From Candidatus Eiseniibacteriota bacterium (GTDB lineage Bacteria > Eisenbacteria > RBG-16-71-46 > CAIMUX01 > VGJL01), in the NCBI GenBank assembly GCA_963792585.1, contig CAWBWI010000001.1:672001-736000 (forward strand): a stretch of DNA of 64,000 bases, given 5' to 3'. Of this stretch, positions 9,493 through 20,359 are shown piece after piece; position 1 is the stretch's first letter, and the number at the start of each line of letters is the position of its first letter. A program made the translations under genes and the position numbers. The notes under the pieces were generated by a model. It was not told the origin of the DNA, searched no databases, and saw only the letters and a list, made by a program, of their open reading frames with translations.

Positions 9493-11319
9493 ATGTGTGG
9501 AATCGTCGGCTACGTGGGTCCCAAGCAGTGTCAGTCGATCCTGATCGACGGGCTGAGACGCCTCGAGTACCGCGGCTACGACTCGGCCGGGATCGCGGTC
9601 ATCAACGCAGAGGGACTGAAGGTCACGAAGGACGTCGGCAAGATCAGCGCCCTCGACGCCCTCGTAGCCGCCCACCCGATGGAGGGAACCGTAGGCATCG
9701 CCCATACGCGATGGGCGACCCATGGGGTGCCCAGCCAGCGCAACGCGCATCCTCATATCGACTGCAATCGCCACTTCGCGGTCGTCCACAACGGGATCAT
9801 CGAGAACTTCGATGCCCTCCGCGAGCGCCTCAAGCGCAGCGGTCATCGGTTCACGACCGATACCGACACGGAAGTCCTGGCACACCTCCTCGAGGAATCC
9901 TGGACCGGGACGCTCGAGGAAACGGTGGCGACCGCGCTCAAGACCGTCGACGGCACCTTCGGCATCGCGGTGGTGAGCGATCTGGACCCCGGAAAGGTGA
10001 TCGGGGCGCGGCGCGGGAGCCCGCTCGTGGTCGGGGTCGGCAAGGACGAGTACTTCTTAGCCTCCGATGTCTCGGCGATCCTCGGACACACCCGGCAGGT
10101 CATCTATCTGGATGATGAGGAGATGGTGGTTCTCAGCCGGGACGGTTACCGAACGCAGACCCTCGATGAGGTCGCGGTGGAAAAGGCGGTCGAGGAGATC
10201 ACCTGGGAACTCGCCCAGATCGAGAAGGGGGGCTACCCCCACTTCATGCTCAAGGAGATCTTCGAGCAGCCGCGCGCACTGCGCGACTCCATGCGCGGTC
10301 GCGTCAACGAGGTGACGGGGGAGACGAAGCTCGGGGGGCTCAACCTGAGCGCCGAGCAATTCCAGCACTTTCGACGGGTCATCCTGACCGCCTGTGGCAC
10401 CTCCTGGCATGCCGCCATGATCGGCGAGTACATGATGGAGGAGTTCTGCCGCATCCCCGTCGAGGTGGAGTACGCATCCGAGTTCCGATACCGGAATCCG
10501 GTCATCGACGAGACGACGCTCGTCGTCGTGATCAGCCAGAGCGGGGAGACGGCCGACACTCTCGCCGCCCTACGCGAAGCGAAGCGGCGCGGGGCCTGTG
10601 TGCTCGGGATCTGCAACGTGGTGGGTTCCACCATCGCCCGGGAGTCCCATGGCGGGATCTATACGCACGCCGGTCCGGAGATCGGGGTCGCCTCGACGAA
10701 GGCCTTCACGACACAGGTCGCGGCCCTGATGATCCTGACCCTGCACCTCGCCCAGATGCGCGGGCACGCGGTTCCGATCGCCGCCGCATTGATCCGGAGC
10801 TTGATGGATATCCCGTTGCTCATCGACCGATGCCTGGAGGGCAGCGAGCATATCCGCGAGATCGCCGCCGTCTATGCGAAGCACAACAACTTCCTCTACC
10901 TAGGTCGCGGGTACAACTTCCCCGTTGCCCTCGAGGGAGCGCTGAAGCTCAAGGAAATCTCCTACATTCATGCGGAGGGATATCCCGCGGCGGAGATGAA
11001 GCACGGCCCGATCGCGCTGATCGACGCCAACATGCCCGTCGTCTTCATCTGCACTCGGGACTCGGCCTACGAGAAGATCCTCAACAACATGGAAGAGGTC
11101 CGGACGCGAAGGGGCCGGATCATCGCGATCGCCACGGAAGGGGATGAGGGTCTGTTCGGCAAGGCGGACCACGTCATTCCGATCCCGCGGACGCTCGACT
11201 CATTGACGCCGCTGCTCTCGGTGATCCCGCTCCAGTTGCTCGCCTACCATATGGCGGTTCTTCGCGGATGCGACGTCGATCAGCCCCGGAACCTGGCCAA
11301 GAGCGTCACGGTCGAATGA
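9493..11319 (+). CDS. glmS: glutamine--fructose-6-phosphate aminotransferase
   Basis: MCGIVG N-terminus, LEYRGYDSAG, C-terminal PRNLAKSVTVE. Confidence 0.98.
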   Translation: MCGIVGYVGPKQCQSILIDGLRRLEYRGYDSAGIAVINAEGLKVTKDVGKISALDALVAAHPMEGTVGIAHTRWATHGVPSQRNAHPHIDCNRHFAVVHNGIIENFDALRERLKRSGHRFTTDTDTEVLAHLLEESWTGTLEETVATALKTVDGTFGIAVVSDLDPGKVIGARRGSPLVVGVGKDEYFLASDVSAILGHTRQVIYLDDEEMVVLSRDGYRTQTLDEVAVEKAVEEITWELAQIEKGGYPHFMLKEIFEQPRALRDSMRGRVNEVTGETKLGGLNLSAEQFQHFRRVILTACGTSWHAAMIGEYMMEEFCRIPVEVEYASEFRYRNPVIDETTLVVVISQSGETADTLAALREAKRRGACVLGICNVVGSTIARESHGGIYTHAGPEIGVASTKAFTTQVAALMILTLHLAQMRGHAVPIAAALIRSLMDIPLLIDRCLEGSEHIREIAAVYAKHNNFLYLGRGYNFPVALEGALKLKEISYIHAEGYPAAEMKHGPIALIDANMPVVFICTRDSAYEKILNNMEEVRTRRGRIIAIATEGDEGLFGKADHVIPIPRTLDSLTPLLSVIPLQLLAYHMAVLRGCDVDQPRNLAKSVTVE

Positions 11320-11356
11320 TGGGGGACGGACCAAGGGCCGAATGGAGGAGCGAGGA

Positions 11357-11779
11357 ATGTCGCGGATGCACGTGAGAGTCCAGACCGATCGGGCCCCCGA
11401 GGCGATCGGGTCCTACAGTCAAGCCGTCTCCGTTCCCGAACTGGGCCTGGTCTTCACGTCCGGGCAGATCGGCCTCGACCCGGCCACCGGGAAACTCGTC
11501 GAAGGGGGGATCGAGGCGGAGACCCGCCAGGTCATGGAGAACCTCTCCGGCGTCCTCGAGGCTGCCGGGTCCGGTTTCCACCGCGTCATCAAGGCGACCG
11601 TCTACCTGATCGACCTCGCGGAGTTCGCTCAGGTCAATGCCATCTACGCCGAGCGCGTCGGCGAACCGCTCCCGGCGCGCAGCACCGTCGGGGTCGCTTC
11701 CCTGCCCCGGGGCGCGCGGCTCGAGATCGATCTGGTCGCATCCCTCGCGGACTCCGGAACCGCGGGGCTCACTCATTGA
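11357..11779 (+). CDS. RidA/YjgF-family enamine deaminase
   Basis: APEAIGSYSQAV, FTSGQIGLDP, PARSTVGVASLPRGARLEID. Confidence 0.92.
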   Translation: MSRMHVRVQTDRAPEAIGSYSQAVSVPELGLVFTSGQIGLDPATGKLVEGGIEAETRQVMENLSGVLEAAGSGFHRVIKATVYLIDLAEFAQVNAIYAERVGEPLPARSTVGVASLPRGARLEIDLVASLADSGTAGLTH

Positions 11780-11805
11780 CCCCAGCGGCGCCGGAAACGT
11801 ATTCT
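11776..11805 (+). promoter_or_regulatory. putative sigma70 promoter of selC
   Basis: TTGACC-N18-TATTCT, 26 nt upstream of the tRNA. Confidence 0.55.
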
Positions 11806-11831
11806 CCCGCGGGGTCCACTCTCAAGATTGC

Positions 11832-11927
11832 GGGAGCGCATGGGTCCTGGTGGGTCCCAAGGACTTCAAATCCTCTGTCGGGCGTTTCTGCGTCCGGGGT
11901 GGGTTCGATTCCCACACGTTCCCGCCA
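11832..11927 (+). tRNA. selC: tRNA-Sec (TCA)
   Basis: 96 nt; anticodon loop CTTCAAA, 6-bp D-stem with TGGT loop, long variable arm, T-arm GTGGG-TTCGATT-CCCAC, G discriminator plus CCA. Confidence 0.93.
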
Positions 11928-11973
11928 TATCTCTACGCGCGTTCGGCCGCGATTCGAGCGGACCGGGCGCGCG

Positions 11974-12438
11974 TTGATTACGATCTGCGGACTGCTCGCG
12001 CTCGCGGGGGGTGCGCACGCGGCCGGATCCGGGACCGACTCGACGAGCGTTGGGAGGGGCAAGGGTTTCGACCGCCCCTTCTGGGTGATGATGCGTTCGG
12101 TCGCGGTGCCCGGATGGGGCCAGGCGAAGAACGGGCAGTGGGTAAAGGCTGTCCTCCTGGGCGGGACGGAAGCCGGGTTCATCGTCGCCGCGGTCCGGGA
12201 AGACCGCCTGGCATCGGACGCGCGGCATAACGGCCGGCTCATGCCGGATGAGTCGGCATACTGGGCCGACCGGGCCGACGCGCATGTTTCGAGGAAGAAG
12301 GATTACGTCTGGTGGGGCGCGTTCACGCTGCTCCTGAGTTTGGGGGATGCATACGTGGATGCCCACTTGAAGGGATTCGACGCGGAGTTCGATCCTGAGG
12401 GCTCGGCCATGAGGGTCTCGATGGGGGTGCGCTGGTGA
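11974..12438 (+). CDS. DUF5683-like membrane/exported protein
   Basis: Signal-like N-terminus; [10 protein letters not shown] and DAYVDAHL motifs; start (TTG) uncertain. Confidence 0.7.
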   Translation: MITICGLLALAGGAHAAGSGTDSTSVGRGKGFDRPFWVMMRSVAVPGWGQAKNGQWVKAVLLGGTEAGFIVAAVREDRLASDARHNGRLMPDESAYWADRADAHVSRKKDYVWWGAFTLLLSLGDAYVDAHLKGFDAEFDPEGSAMRVSMGVRW

Positions 12439-14237
12439 GCGAAGAGCGCGAGCGCGTCCGGAACTTCTGCATCATCGCCCACATCGACCACGGAAAGTCG
12501 ACCCTGGCCGACCGAATCCTGGAGGTGACCGGGACTCTCTCGAAGAAGCAGATGCGCGATCAGGTTCTCGACGACATGGATCTCGAACGGGAACGTGGGA
12601 TCACGATCAAGGCCCACGCGATCACCATGCAGTACGAGGCCGCGGACGGGCAGAGCTATCGCATGAACCTGATCGACACCCCCGGCCATGTCGATTTCTC
12701 GTACGAAGTCTCCCGGAGTCTCGCCGCCTGCGAGGGGGCGCTCCTCCTGATCGACGCCTCCCAAGGAGTCGAAGCGCAGACCCTGTCCAACCTCTTCATG
12801 GCCCTCGATCACAATCTCACCATTCTGACCGTGTTGAACAAGATCGACCTCCCGAGCGCCCGCGTCGATGAGGTCCGCTCCTCGATCTGCAATCTGACGG
12901 GGGAGGCGGAGGAGAAGGTCCTGCTCGCGAGCGCGCGGGAAGGGATCGGCGTGAGGGAAATCCTGGAGGCGGTCGTCCGCGAGGTGCCCGCCCCGAAGGG
13001 TCGCGCCGAGGATCCCCTGCGCGCGTTGATCTTCGATTCCACCTTCGATCCCTACCGGGGAGTGTGCGCCTATGTCCGCGTCGTCGACGGAACCATCCGG
13101 ACCGGCGACCGGGTCCGCCTGCACTCGACCGGCAAGGAGTACGACGTCCAGGAGGTCGGGATTTTCCAGCTTCGCCTGGTGCCCCAGGAGCACCTCGAGG
13201 CGGGTGACGTCGGATACATCGTCGCCGGGATCAAGATCGTCGCCGAGGCCAAGGTGGGGGACACGGTAACCGGCGCCGACTCGGTCATCGAGCCGCTGCC
13301 CGGCTACAAGCCGATGAAGCCGATGGTCTACTCCGGGCTCTTCCCGATCGAGAGTGATGACTACCTGAGGCTCAAGGACGCCCTCGGCAAATTCCAGCTC
13401 AACGACGCCTCCCTGGTCTACGAGCCGGAGACGTCGTTGGCCCTCGGGTTCGGCTTCCGAGCAGGATTCCTCGGCCCCCTGCACATGGAGATCGTGGTCG
13501 AACGTCTCCGGCGGGAGTACGCCCTGGATCTGATCGCAACCTCGCCGACCGTTCCGTACTTCGTCTACCGAACCGACGGCACACGGATCGAGGTCGACAG
13601 CCCGGCGCAGCTGCCTGCCGGCAGCGAGATCGAGCGGCTCGAAGAGCCCTTCGTTCTGGCCACCGTCATCACCCCCACGGACTACGTCGGTGGGGTGATG
13701 AAGCTCTGTCAGGAGAGGCGGGGGGAGTTTCAGGAGATGCAGTACCTGGATGCCACCCGCGCGCGGCTGACCTACCTGATCCCCCTCTCCGAGCTGATCT
13801 ACGACTTCTACGATCGTCTCAAGTCGTGCAGCCGCGGGTACGCGACCCTCGATTACGACTTCCACGGTTACGTCGACTCGAACCTCGTCAAGCTGGACGT
13901 GCTCCTCAACGGCGATCCGGTCGACGCGCTATCGATGATCGTTCACGCCGACCACGCCTACGAGCGCGGGCGGGATCTCGTCGATCGACTGAAGGATCTG
14001 ATCCCGCGCCAGCTGTTCCGCATCGCGGTGCAGGCGGCCATCGGCTCGCGGGTCGTGGCGCGTTCGACGATCTCTCCGATGAGGAAAGACGTCATCGCGA
14101 AATGCTATGGTGGCGATATCAGTCGCAAGCGGAAGCTGCTCGAGAAGCAGCGGGAGGGCAAGAAGAGGATGAAGCAGATCGGCAGCGTGCAGGTGCCCCA
14201 GGAGGCCTTCCTCGCCCTCCTGAAGACGACGGAGTAG
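12435..14237 (+). CDS. lepA: elongation factor 4
   Basis: [44 protein letters not shown]. Confidence 0.98.
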   Translation: MSEERERVRNFCIIAHIDHGKSTLADRILEVTGTLSKKQMRDQVLDDMDLERERGITIKAHAITMQYEAADGQSYRMNLIDTPGHVDFSYEVSRSLAACEGALLLIDASQGVEAQTLSNLFMALDHNLTILTVLNKIDLPSARVDEVRSSICNLTGEAEEKVLLASAREGIGVREILEAVVREVPAPKGRAEDPLRALIFDSTFDPYRGVCAYVRVVDGTIRTGDRVRLHSTGKEYDVQEVGIFQLRLVPQEHLEAGDVGYIVAGIKIVAEAKVGDTVTGADSVIEPLPGYKPMKPMVYSGLFPIESDDYLRLKDALGKFQLNDASLVYEPETSLALGFGFRAGFLGPLHMEIVVERLRREYALDLIATSPTVPYFVYRTDGTRIEVDSPAQLPAGSEIERLEEPFVLATVITPTDYVGGVMKLCQERRGEFQEMQYLDATRARLTYLIPLSELIYDFYDRLKSCSRGYATLDYDFHGYVDSNLVKLDVLLNGDPVDALSMIVHADHAYERGRDLVDRLKDLIPRQLFRIAVQAAIGSRVVARSTISPMRKDVIAKCYGGDISRKRKLLEKQREGKKRMKQIGSVQVPQEAFLALLKTTE

Positions 14238-14240
14238 ATC

Positions 14241-14876
14241 GTGGCCGCCTCCAGAGCGAGCACGAGGCCGGGGGAAACCCGCCTGAAGCGGGAAGTGCGA
14301 GAGACTGCGAACTCCTTCCTCTGGGCGATCGTCCTCTTCCTGATCATTCGCAGCCTGGCATTCCAGGCCTTCCGGATCCCGTCCCCCTCGATGGAGGACT
14401 CGCTTCTGATCCACGATTTCCTCTTCATCAGCAAGCTGACCTACGGCCCGAACATCCCCTTCACGCACACCCGGCTCCCGGGTCTGCGAAAGCCGAAACC
14501 GGGCGACATCATCGTCTTCCAGAACCCGACAAACCCGAAGGAGGACTACATCAAGAGGTGCGTGGCTGTCGCGGGGCAGACCGTGGAGGTCCGGGACAAG
14601 GCCCTTTTCGTCGACGGTGTGGAGAAGGTCGAGCCGTACACCAAGCACGTGGATCCGAGGAACATCGGAATCCCCCGGGACACCTTCGGCCCCGTGCGCG
14701 TCCCGAAAGGGATGGTCTTCATGATGGGGGACAACCGCGACAACAGCGCCGACAGCCGCTACTGGGGCTTCCTCGACATGAAGCTGATCCGGGGGAAGGC
14801 CGCGATCATCTACTTCTCGTGGGACGGCGAACGGAAGCTCCCGAGATTCAGCCGGTTCTTCCGGTTGATCCACTAG
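14241..14876 (+). CDS. lepB: signal peptidase I
   Basis: IPSPSM (catalytic Ser), YIKRCV (Lys), GDNRDNSADSRYWG. Confidence 0.95.
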   Translation: MAASRASTRPGETRLKREVRETANSFLWAIVLFLIIRSLAFQAFRIPSPSMEDSLLIHDFLFISKLTYGPNIPFTHTRLPGLRKPKPGDIIVFQNPTNPKEDYIKRCVAVAGQTVEVRDKALFVDGVEKVEPYTKHVDPRNIGIPRDTFGPVRVPKGMVFMMGDNRDNSADSRYWGFLDMKLIRGKAAIIYFSWDGERKLPRFSRFFRLIH

Positions 14877-14930
14877 ATCGATCGCGGACCAGGGCCTGCG
14901 AATGGACTTGAAGATCCGCCCGCAATCGCC

Positions 14931-16076
14931 ATGAACGCCGGCCTCTACGTACACGTCCCGTTCTGCGCCCGTCGCTGCTCCTACTGTGATTTCTACACGC
15001 TCGTGGCTGACACCGGCGCTCAGGACCGGTGGGTCGAGGCGCTCCTCCGGGAGGCCGAATTGCAGGGACCCGCTTGGGCGCACCATCGTTTCGACAGCGT
15101 ATTCCTCGGGGGCGGAACGCCGAGCCATCTGGGTCCTGAGCGCCTCCGTCGCCTCTTCCGAGGGTTGCTGGCCCGTCTCCCGATCGCGCGCGACGTGGAA
15201 TGGACCATGGAAGCGAACCCCGAGTCGGCGGACGACGACGTCCTTGGCGTCGCGCTCGCGGAGGGGGCGAATCGGATCAGTTTTGGCGTCCAGACCCTGG
15301 ACGACGGGGAGCTTGCGCTGCTCGGCCGGCTCCATGACGCGACCTCGGCGCGGGAAGCGGTGGCGCGCGCCCGGCGCGCGGGTTTCGATAACATCAGCGT
15401 CGATCTCATTTACGGACTGCCGCCCGGCCCGGACCGCCGGGACGCCTGGGAGCGGAGTCTGCAGGGGGTCATCGAGATGGGCACGGATCACGTCTCCTGC
15501 TATCTCCTCACCCTCGAGCCCGCGGTGCCGATGGCCCGGGCCGTAGCCCGCGGAGAGGTTCACCTGCCTCCGGAGGAATCCCAGGTCGCCGAATACGCGC
15601 TCGCGCGAGAACTTCTTGCGGCGGCCGGATATGAGCGCTACGAGATCTCGAACTGGGCGCGGGGCGGGCGACGTTGCCGTCACAATGTGAATGTCTGGGA
15701 GGGAAACGTCTATCTCGGCCTCGGACCGGGCGCACACGGCTTCGACGGCTCCGCGAGGCGCGCCAACAGGCCCGACATCGGGGCATATGTCACCGCTCTC
15801 GAGGTCGGGGAGGATCCGCCCCACACGCTCGAGACGATCGAAGGTCGGGCGCGCGAAGAGGAGGTCATCTTCTTGGGTCTGCGGTTGCGCGAGGGTCTCG
15901 CCTGGGATGATCTCGCCGAACTTCTCGGCCCGGATCGAACGGATCGGCTCCGGGCGCGCTCGGCGCAGTGGATCGCACCCGGTTATCTTGTCGACGAAGG
16001 CGGACGGCTGCGGATCGGTGAGGAGGGACTTCTCGTCTCCAACGCCTTGATTGCGGACTTGCTCGATTCGATCTGA
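14931..16076 (+). CDS. hemW: radical SAM heme chaperone (HemN-like)
   Basis: YVHVPFCARRCSYCDF, GGGTPS, YEISNW, HN motif. Confidence 0.88.
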   Translation: MNAGLYVHVPFCARRCSYCDFYTLVADTGAQDRWVEALLREAELQGPAWAHHRFDSVFLGGGTPSHLGPERLRRLFRGLLARLPIARDVEWTMEANPESADDDVLGVALAEGANRISFGVQTLDDGELALLGRLHDATSAREAVARARRAGFDNISVDLIYGLPPGPDRRDAWERSLQGVIEMGTDHVSCYLLTLEPAVPMARAVARGEVHLPPEESQVAEYALARELLAAAGYERYEISNWARGGRRCRHNVNVWEGNVYLGLGPGAHGFDGSARRANRPDIGAYVTALEVGEDPPHTLETIEGRAREEEVIFLGLRLREGLAWDDLAELLGPDRTDRLRARSAQWIAPGYLVDEGGRLRIGEEGLLVSNALIADLLDSI

Positions 16077-16082
16077 GGAGGC

Positions 16083-17195
16083 ATGGTGCGGGTCGCTCTG
16101 GTGCACGACTGGCTGACCGGGATGCGCGGGGGGGAGAAGGTTCTCGAGGCCTTCTGCGAGCGGTTCCCCGAGGCGCCGATCTACACGATCGTCCACAGGC
16201 CCGGCTCGGTGAGTGCGTCCATCGAGAGCCACCCCATCGTCACCTCGTTCGTGCAGCGTCTACCGGGCGGCGCGAGTTCCTACCAGCGCTACCTGCCGCT
16301 TCTGCCCGCGGCGATCGAGCGCTTCGACCTGCGCGGCTTCGACCTCGTCCTCTCCACGAGCCACTGCGTGGCGAAGGGGGCAAGGGTTCATCCCGGCTCC
16401 CTGCACCTCTGTTACTGCCATACGCCGATGCGATACGTCTGGCCCGCCTATGAGGAATACTTCGGCGACGGGCGGATCGGCGCTCCCGCCTCCTGGGTCA
16501 TGCCGGTCCTCGCGAGCTGGCTGCGAACCTGGGACGTTGCGAGCGTCCCACGGGTCGACTCCTTCGCGGCCAACAGCGCCCACGTCGCGGCGCGGATTCG
16601 ACGCTGGTACGGCCGCGCCTCGCGGGTGATCCATCCATGGGTCGACACGGAGCGCTTCCGTCTGCCGGTCGTGAAAGCCCAGGAGCCCTACGATCTGATC
16701 CTCTCCGCACTGGTTCCCTACAAGCGAATCGACGTCGCCATCGAAGCCTATCGGGGGCGCGATGACGAACTGGTCATCGCAGGGAGCGGAGTCGAGCGCG
16801 AACGTCTCATGCGGCTGGCGCCGCGCAACGTCCGGTTTCTCGGTTGGCTTTCCCCCGAGGAGACCGTGAAGCTCGTGCAAGGTTGCCGCTTCCTCCTCTT
16901 CCCGGGCGAAGAGGACTTCGGGATCGTGCCGGTCGAGGCGATGGCCTGCGGCAAGCCGGTGATCGCCCTGGGCCGCGGGGGAGTTCTCGAGACGGTCCGG
17001 AGCGGCGAAACGGGGATCTTCTTCGACGAGCCCACGCCGGCCGCCGTGCGGACGGCGATCGATCGCGCGGGCGCGATCCGGTGGGACGAGGCGGTGATTC
17101 GCAACCAGGCGGAACGGTTCGGCCGCAAACGCTTCGAGGCCGAGATCGACGCGTGGCTCGCGGAAGAGTCGGCGCGCCCAGCGGCGGCCGGGTAA
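16083..17195 (+). CDS. glycosyltransferase family 4
   Basis: HDWLTGMRGGEKV, EEDFGIVPVEAMACG. Confidence 0.92.
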   Translation: MVRVALVHDWLTGMRGGEKVLEAFCERFPEAPIYTIVHRPGSVSASIESHPIVTSFVQRLPGGASSYQRYLPLLPAAIERFDLRGFDLVLSTSHCVAKGARVHPGSLHLCYCHTPMRYVWPAYEEYFGDGRIGAPASWVMPVLASWLRTWDVASVPRVDSFAANSAHVAARIRRWYGRASRVIHPWVDTERFRLPVVKAQEPYDLILSALVPYKRIDVAIEAYRGRDDELVIAGSGVERERLMRLAPRNVRFLGWLSPEETVKLVQGCRFLLFPGEEDFGIVPVEAMACGKPVIALGRGGVLETVRSGETGIFFDEPTPAAVRTAIDRAGAIRWDEAVIRNQAERFGRKRFEAEIDAWLAEESARPAAAG

Positions 17196-17199
17196 CACC

Positions 17200-18606
17200 G
17201 TGGGACAGGTCGAGCGGCGGAAGCGGATCACGCGCATCGAGGCCGTTTGGCATCTCACGGATGGGATCGGGGTCGTCGGGGGCTTCGCCATCGGTTATCT
17301 GATTCGCTTCGCTCCCCCCATGGCGACCTGGTTCCCGCCGAGGCAGGCGCTCCCTTCCCTTCGGCTCTATCTGGCGGCGGGCGTCGTTGCCGCGATCCTG
17401 TGGATCGTCCTGTTCCATGCGCTCGATCTCTACAGGGTCGAGGGAACGCGCCGCGGCCTGCGAACCCCTGTCCTGTTACGAGCGACCGGGCTCGGGATGC
17501 TCGGGAATGCGGGAATCGCATTCTTCTATCGCGGAGCGAGCTTCTCCCGCCTCGCCGCGCCCGTCATCTGGCTCGTCGCGTTTCTGCTGATCCGTACACT
17601 TCGGCGCGCAGGCCTTCGGCTCTTGGTGGGCGTGGGCGGCGTCCCCCCGGTTCGGTTCGCCCTGGTCGGCGGCGGCCCCGCGGGTCTAAGACTCGCGCAA
17701 CAACTACCTCGGGCCGGTGTGGTGCCCCACGAATTCCGGGGACTGTTCCGGCTGCCGGGGGATCCGCCGCCCCCCGCAGGGGTCGTGGACCTCGGCGGAC
17801 CGGAGCGGCTTGCCGAGGTTGCGACCCGCGAAGGGCTCGATCGAGTCGTGGTCGCCCTGCCGGCCGAGAACGAGCAACTGGTCGAGCGCGTCGCGCAGAC
17901 CTGCCGGGAACTGGACATCGACTTCGACTTGGTCCCGGACCTCGGTTTCCCCTTCCGGGGAGGGATCCAGGTCGAGGAGATCGCCGGGCTCCCGGTCGTG
18001 CGGGGGCGACCGCTGCCCCTCGTGGGTTGGAACGGCGTGATGAAGCGGACCGTGGACATCATCGTCTCCGGAGCTCTCCTGGTCCTTCTCGCGCCCGTGC
18101 TGCTGGTCTCGGCGCTGGCCGTCATCGTCGACTCACGCGGGCCGGTCTTCTATGGACAGGAGCGGATGGGACGCGACCGGCGCGTCTTCCGGATGGTCAA
18201 GTTTCGCTCGATGCGCGTCGACGCGGAGACGGCAAGCGGGCCGGTCTGGGCAAAGGACGCGGATCCGCGGCGGACGAAGGTCGGGAGCTTCCTGCGAACA
18301 TGGAGTCTCGACGAGTTGCCCCAGCTCTGGAATGTCCTCAAGGGGGACATGAGCTTGGTCGGACCCAGGCCGGAACGGCCGTACTTCGTCGACCAGTTCC
18401 TCGAGAAGGTTCCCGACTACTACGGCCGACATCGGGTCAAATCCGGGGTGACGGGGTGGGCGCAGGTCAACGGCCTGCGGGGAAACGTGCCGGTCGAAGA
18501 CCGGACGAAGTACGATCTCTACTACATGGAGAACTGGTCGCTCTGGCTCGACGTGCGGATCCTCTTGATGACCGTGAAAGCGGTCGTCACGCATCGCGGG
18601 AGCTGA
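17200..18606 (+). CDS. undecaprenyl-phosphate sugar phosphotransferase (WcaJ-like)
   Basis: N-terminal TMs; KFRSM, SLDELPQLWNVLKGDMSLVGPRPE, GVTGWAQVNG. Confidence 0.92.
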   Translation: MGQVERRKRITRIEAVWHLTDGIGVVGGFAIGYLIRFAPPMATWFPPRQALPSLRLYLAAGVVAAILWIVLFHALDLYRVEGTRRGLRTPVLLRATGLGMLGNAGIAFFYRGASFSRLAAPVIWLVAFLLIRTLRRAGLRLLVGVGGVPPVRFALVGGGPAGLRLAQQLPRAGVVPHEFRGLFRLPGDPPPPAGVVDLGGPERLAEVATREGLDRVVVALPAENEQLVERVAQTCRELDIDFDLVPDLGFPFRGGIQVEEIAGLPVVRGRPLPLVGWNGVMKRTVDIIVSGALLVLLAPVLLVSALAVIVDSRGPVFYGQERMGRDRRVFRMVKFRSMRVDAETASGPVWAKDADPRRTKVGSFLRTWSLDELPQLWNVLKGDMSLVGPRPERPYFVDQFLEKVPDYYGRHRVKSGVTGWAQVNGLRGNVPVEDRTKYDLYYMENWSLWLDVRILLMTVKAVVTHRGS

Positions 18607-18743
18607 TCGCGTCGGCCCTGATCGGGCCGCATAGATCGGCAACGGCACAGATCGGGCCGTCCGTTGCCAGTCCGATCGCGATCGCATAGCATCGGTAGTT
18701 TCACGACCCGCGGTGCGACGCCGCCGCGATGAGGGGAGGGCGA

Positions 18744-20351
18744 TTGGAGACTCTCGAGAGCAGGATCGACCTGAACGACCCGACCTATCGGGAGAACCAG
18801 GCCCATCATGCGAGCCTCCGTGACCAGCTCCGCTCGCGATTGGCCGTGATTCGCGAAGGCGGACCCGCCGAGTCGCGCGAGCGGCACGTCAAGCGGGGCA
18901 AGCTCCTGCCGCGCGATCGGATCACGAGGCTCTGTGATCCGGGAACCCCATTCCTCGAGTTGATGCCGCTGGCGGCGTACGAAATGTACGGAGGCGAGGT
19001 TCCCGCGGCGGGGATCGTGACCGGGATCGGTCGGGTCAGCGGACTCGAGTGCATGATCATCGTCAACGATGCGACCGTGAAGGGCGGAACCTACCATCCG
19101 ATCACGGTGCGCAAGCACGTCCGCGCCCAGGAGATCGCGCTCGAGAACGGCTTGCCCTGTGTCTACCTGGTCGACTCGGGCGGCGCGTTTCTGCCGCTTC
19201 AGGCCGAGGTCTTCCCGGACGAGAAGCACTTCGGGAGGATCTTCTACAACCAGGCCCAGATGAGCGCGGCGGGGATTCCGCAGGTGGCCGCGGTGCTCGG
19301 CTCCTGCACGGCGGGAGGCGCCTACGTTCCCGCGATGAGCGACGAGACCGTCATCGTCCGCAATCAGGGGACGATCTTCCTCGCGGGGCCGCCCCTGGTG
19401 AAGGCGGCGACGGGTGAGGAAGTCACGGCGGAAGACCTGGGTGGCGCGGAAGTCCACTGCAAGGTCTCGGGCGTGGCCGACCACATCGCCGACGATGACG
19501 CGCATGCTCTGGATACGGTGCGGGAGATCCTGGCGCACGCCAACCGCGCAACGGCGTCGACGGCGGTCGTCGCCCCGCCGGAAGACCCTCAGTATGACCC
19601 GGCGGAGATCCTCGGGATCCTGCCGAAGGATCTGCGTCATCCCTTCGATGTGCGCGAGATCCTGGCGCGGCTGCTCGACGGTAGCCGGTTCCACGAGTTC
19701 AAGAGGCTGTATGGATCGACCCTCGTGTGCGGTTTCGGCCGAATCCACGGCTACCCGGTCGGGATCCTGGCGAACAACGGCGTCCTCTTCTCGGAGAGCG
19801 CCCTGAAGGGGACGCACTTCATCGAGCTGGCGAGCCAGCGAAAGATCCCCCTTCTCTTCCTGCAGAACATCACCGGCTTCATGGTGGGGCGACGGTACGA
19901 GTCGGGCGGCATCGCCAAAGACGGCGCGAAGCTCGTGCAAGCGGTTGCGACGAGCGCGGTGCCGAAGATCACCGTGATCATCGGCGGATCGTTTGGCGCG
20001 GGGAATTACGGCATGTGCGGCCGCGCGTTTGCGCCGCGATTCCTGTTCATGTGGCCCAACGCGCGGATCTCCGTCATGGGGGGCGAGCAGGCCGCCGGCG
20101 TTCTGGTCACGGTCAAGCGGGATCAGTTGTCCGTACGCGGCGAGAAGCTGTCCGCCCAGGATGAGGCCGCGATCACGAGGCCCATCCTCGAGAAGTACGA
20201 AACCGAGGGGAATCCGTACTACAGCTCGGCCCGACTCTGGGACGACGGAATCCTCGACCCGCTCGAGACGCGAAGGGTCCTCGCCCTCTGCCTCTCGACG
20301 GTCCTGGGCCGACCGGTCGGCGAGAGCCGCTTCCCGGTCTTCCGGATGTAG
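18744..20351 (+). CDS. liuB: 3-methylcrotonyl-CoA carboxylase beta (carboxyltransferase) subunit
   Basis: [38 protein letters not shown]-terminal VFRM; alternative start ATG at 18729. Confidence 0.9.
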   Translation: METLESRIDLNDPTYRENQAHHASLRDQLRSRLAVIREGGPAESRERHVKRGKLLPRDRITRLCDPGTPFLELMPLAAYEMYGGEVPAAGIVTGIGRVSGLECMIIVNDATVKGGTYHPITVRKHVRAQEIALENGLPCVYLVDSGGAFLPLQAEVFPDEKHFGRIFYNQAQMSAAGIPQVAAVLGSCTAGGAYVPAMSDETVIVRNQGTIFLAGPPLVKAATGEEVTAEDLGGAEVHCKVSGVADHIADDDAHALDTVREILAHANRATASTAVVAPPEDPQYDPAEILGILPKDLRHPFDVREILARLLDGSRFHEFKRLYGSTLVCGFGRIHGYPVGILANNGVLFSESALKGTHFIELASQRKIPLLFLQNITGFMVGRRYESGGIAKDGAKLVQAVATSAVPKITVIIGGSFGAGNYGMCGRAFAPRFLFMWPNARISVMGGEQAAGVLVTVKRDQLSVRGEKLSAQDEAAITRPILEKYETEGNPYYSSARLWDDGILDPLETRRVLALCLSTVLGRPVGESRFPVFRM

Positions 20352-20359
20352 GGGGGTCG

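Noticed and set aside
11776..11973. N-terminal extension of the 220-aa ORF at 11776
   Set aside because: It overlaps the tRNA-Sec gene and its promoter; the real start is probably at or after 11974.
13929..16232. Long antisense/alternate-frame ORFs (e.g. 767 aa here, 675 aa at 5365-7392, 658 aa at 20173-22149)
   Set aside because: Shadow ORFs of real genes, typical of high-GC DNA; no recognisable motifs.
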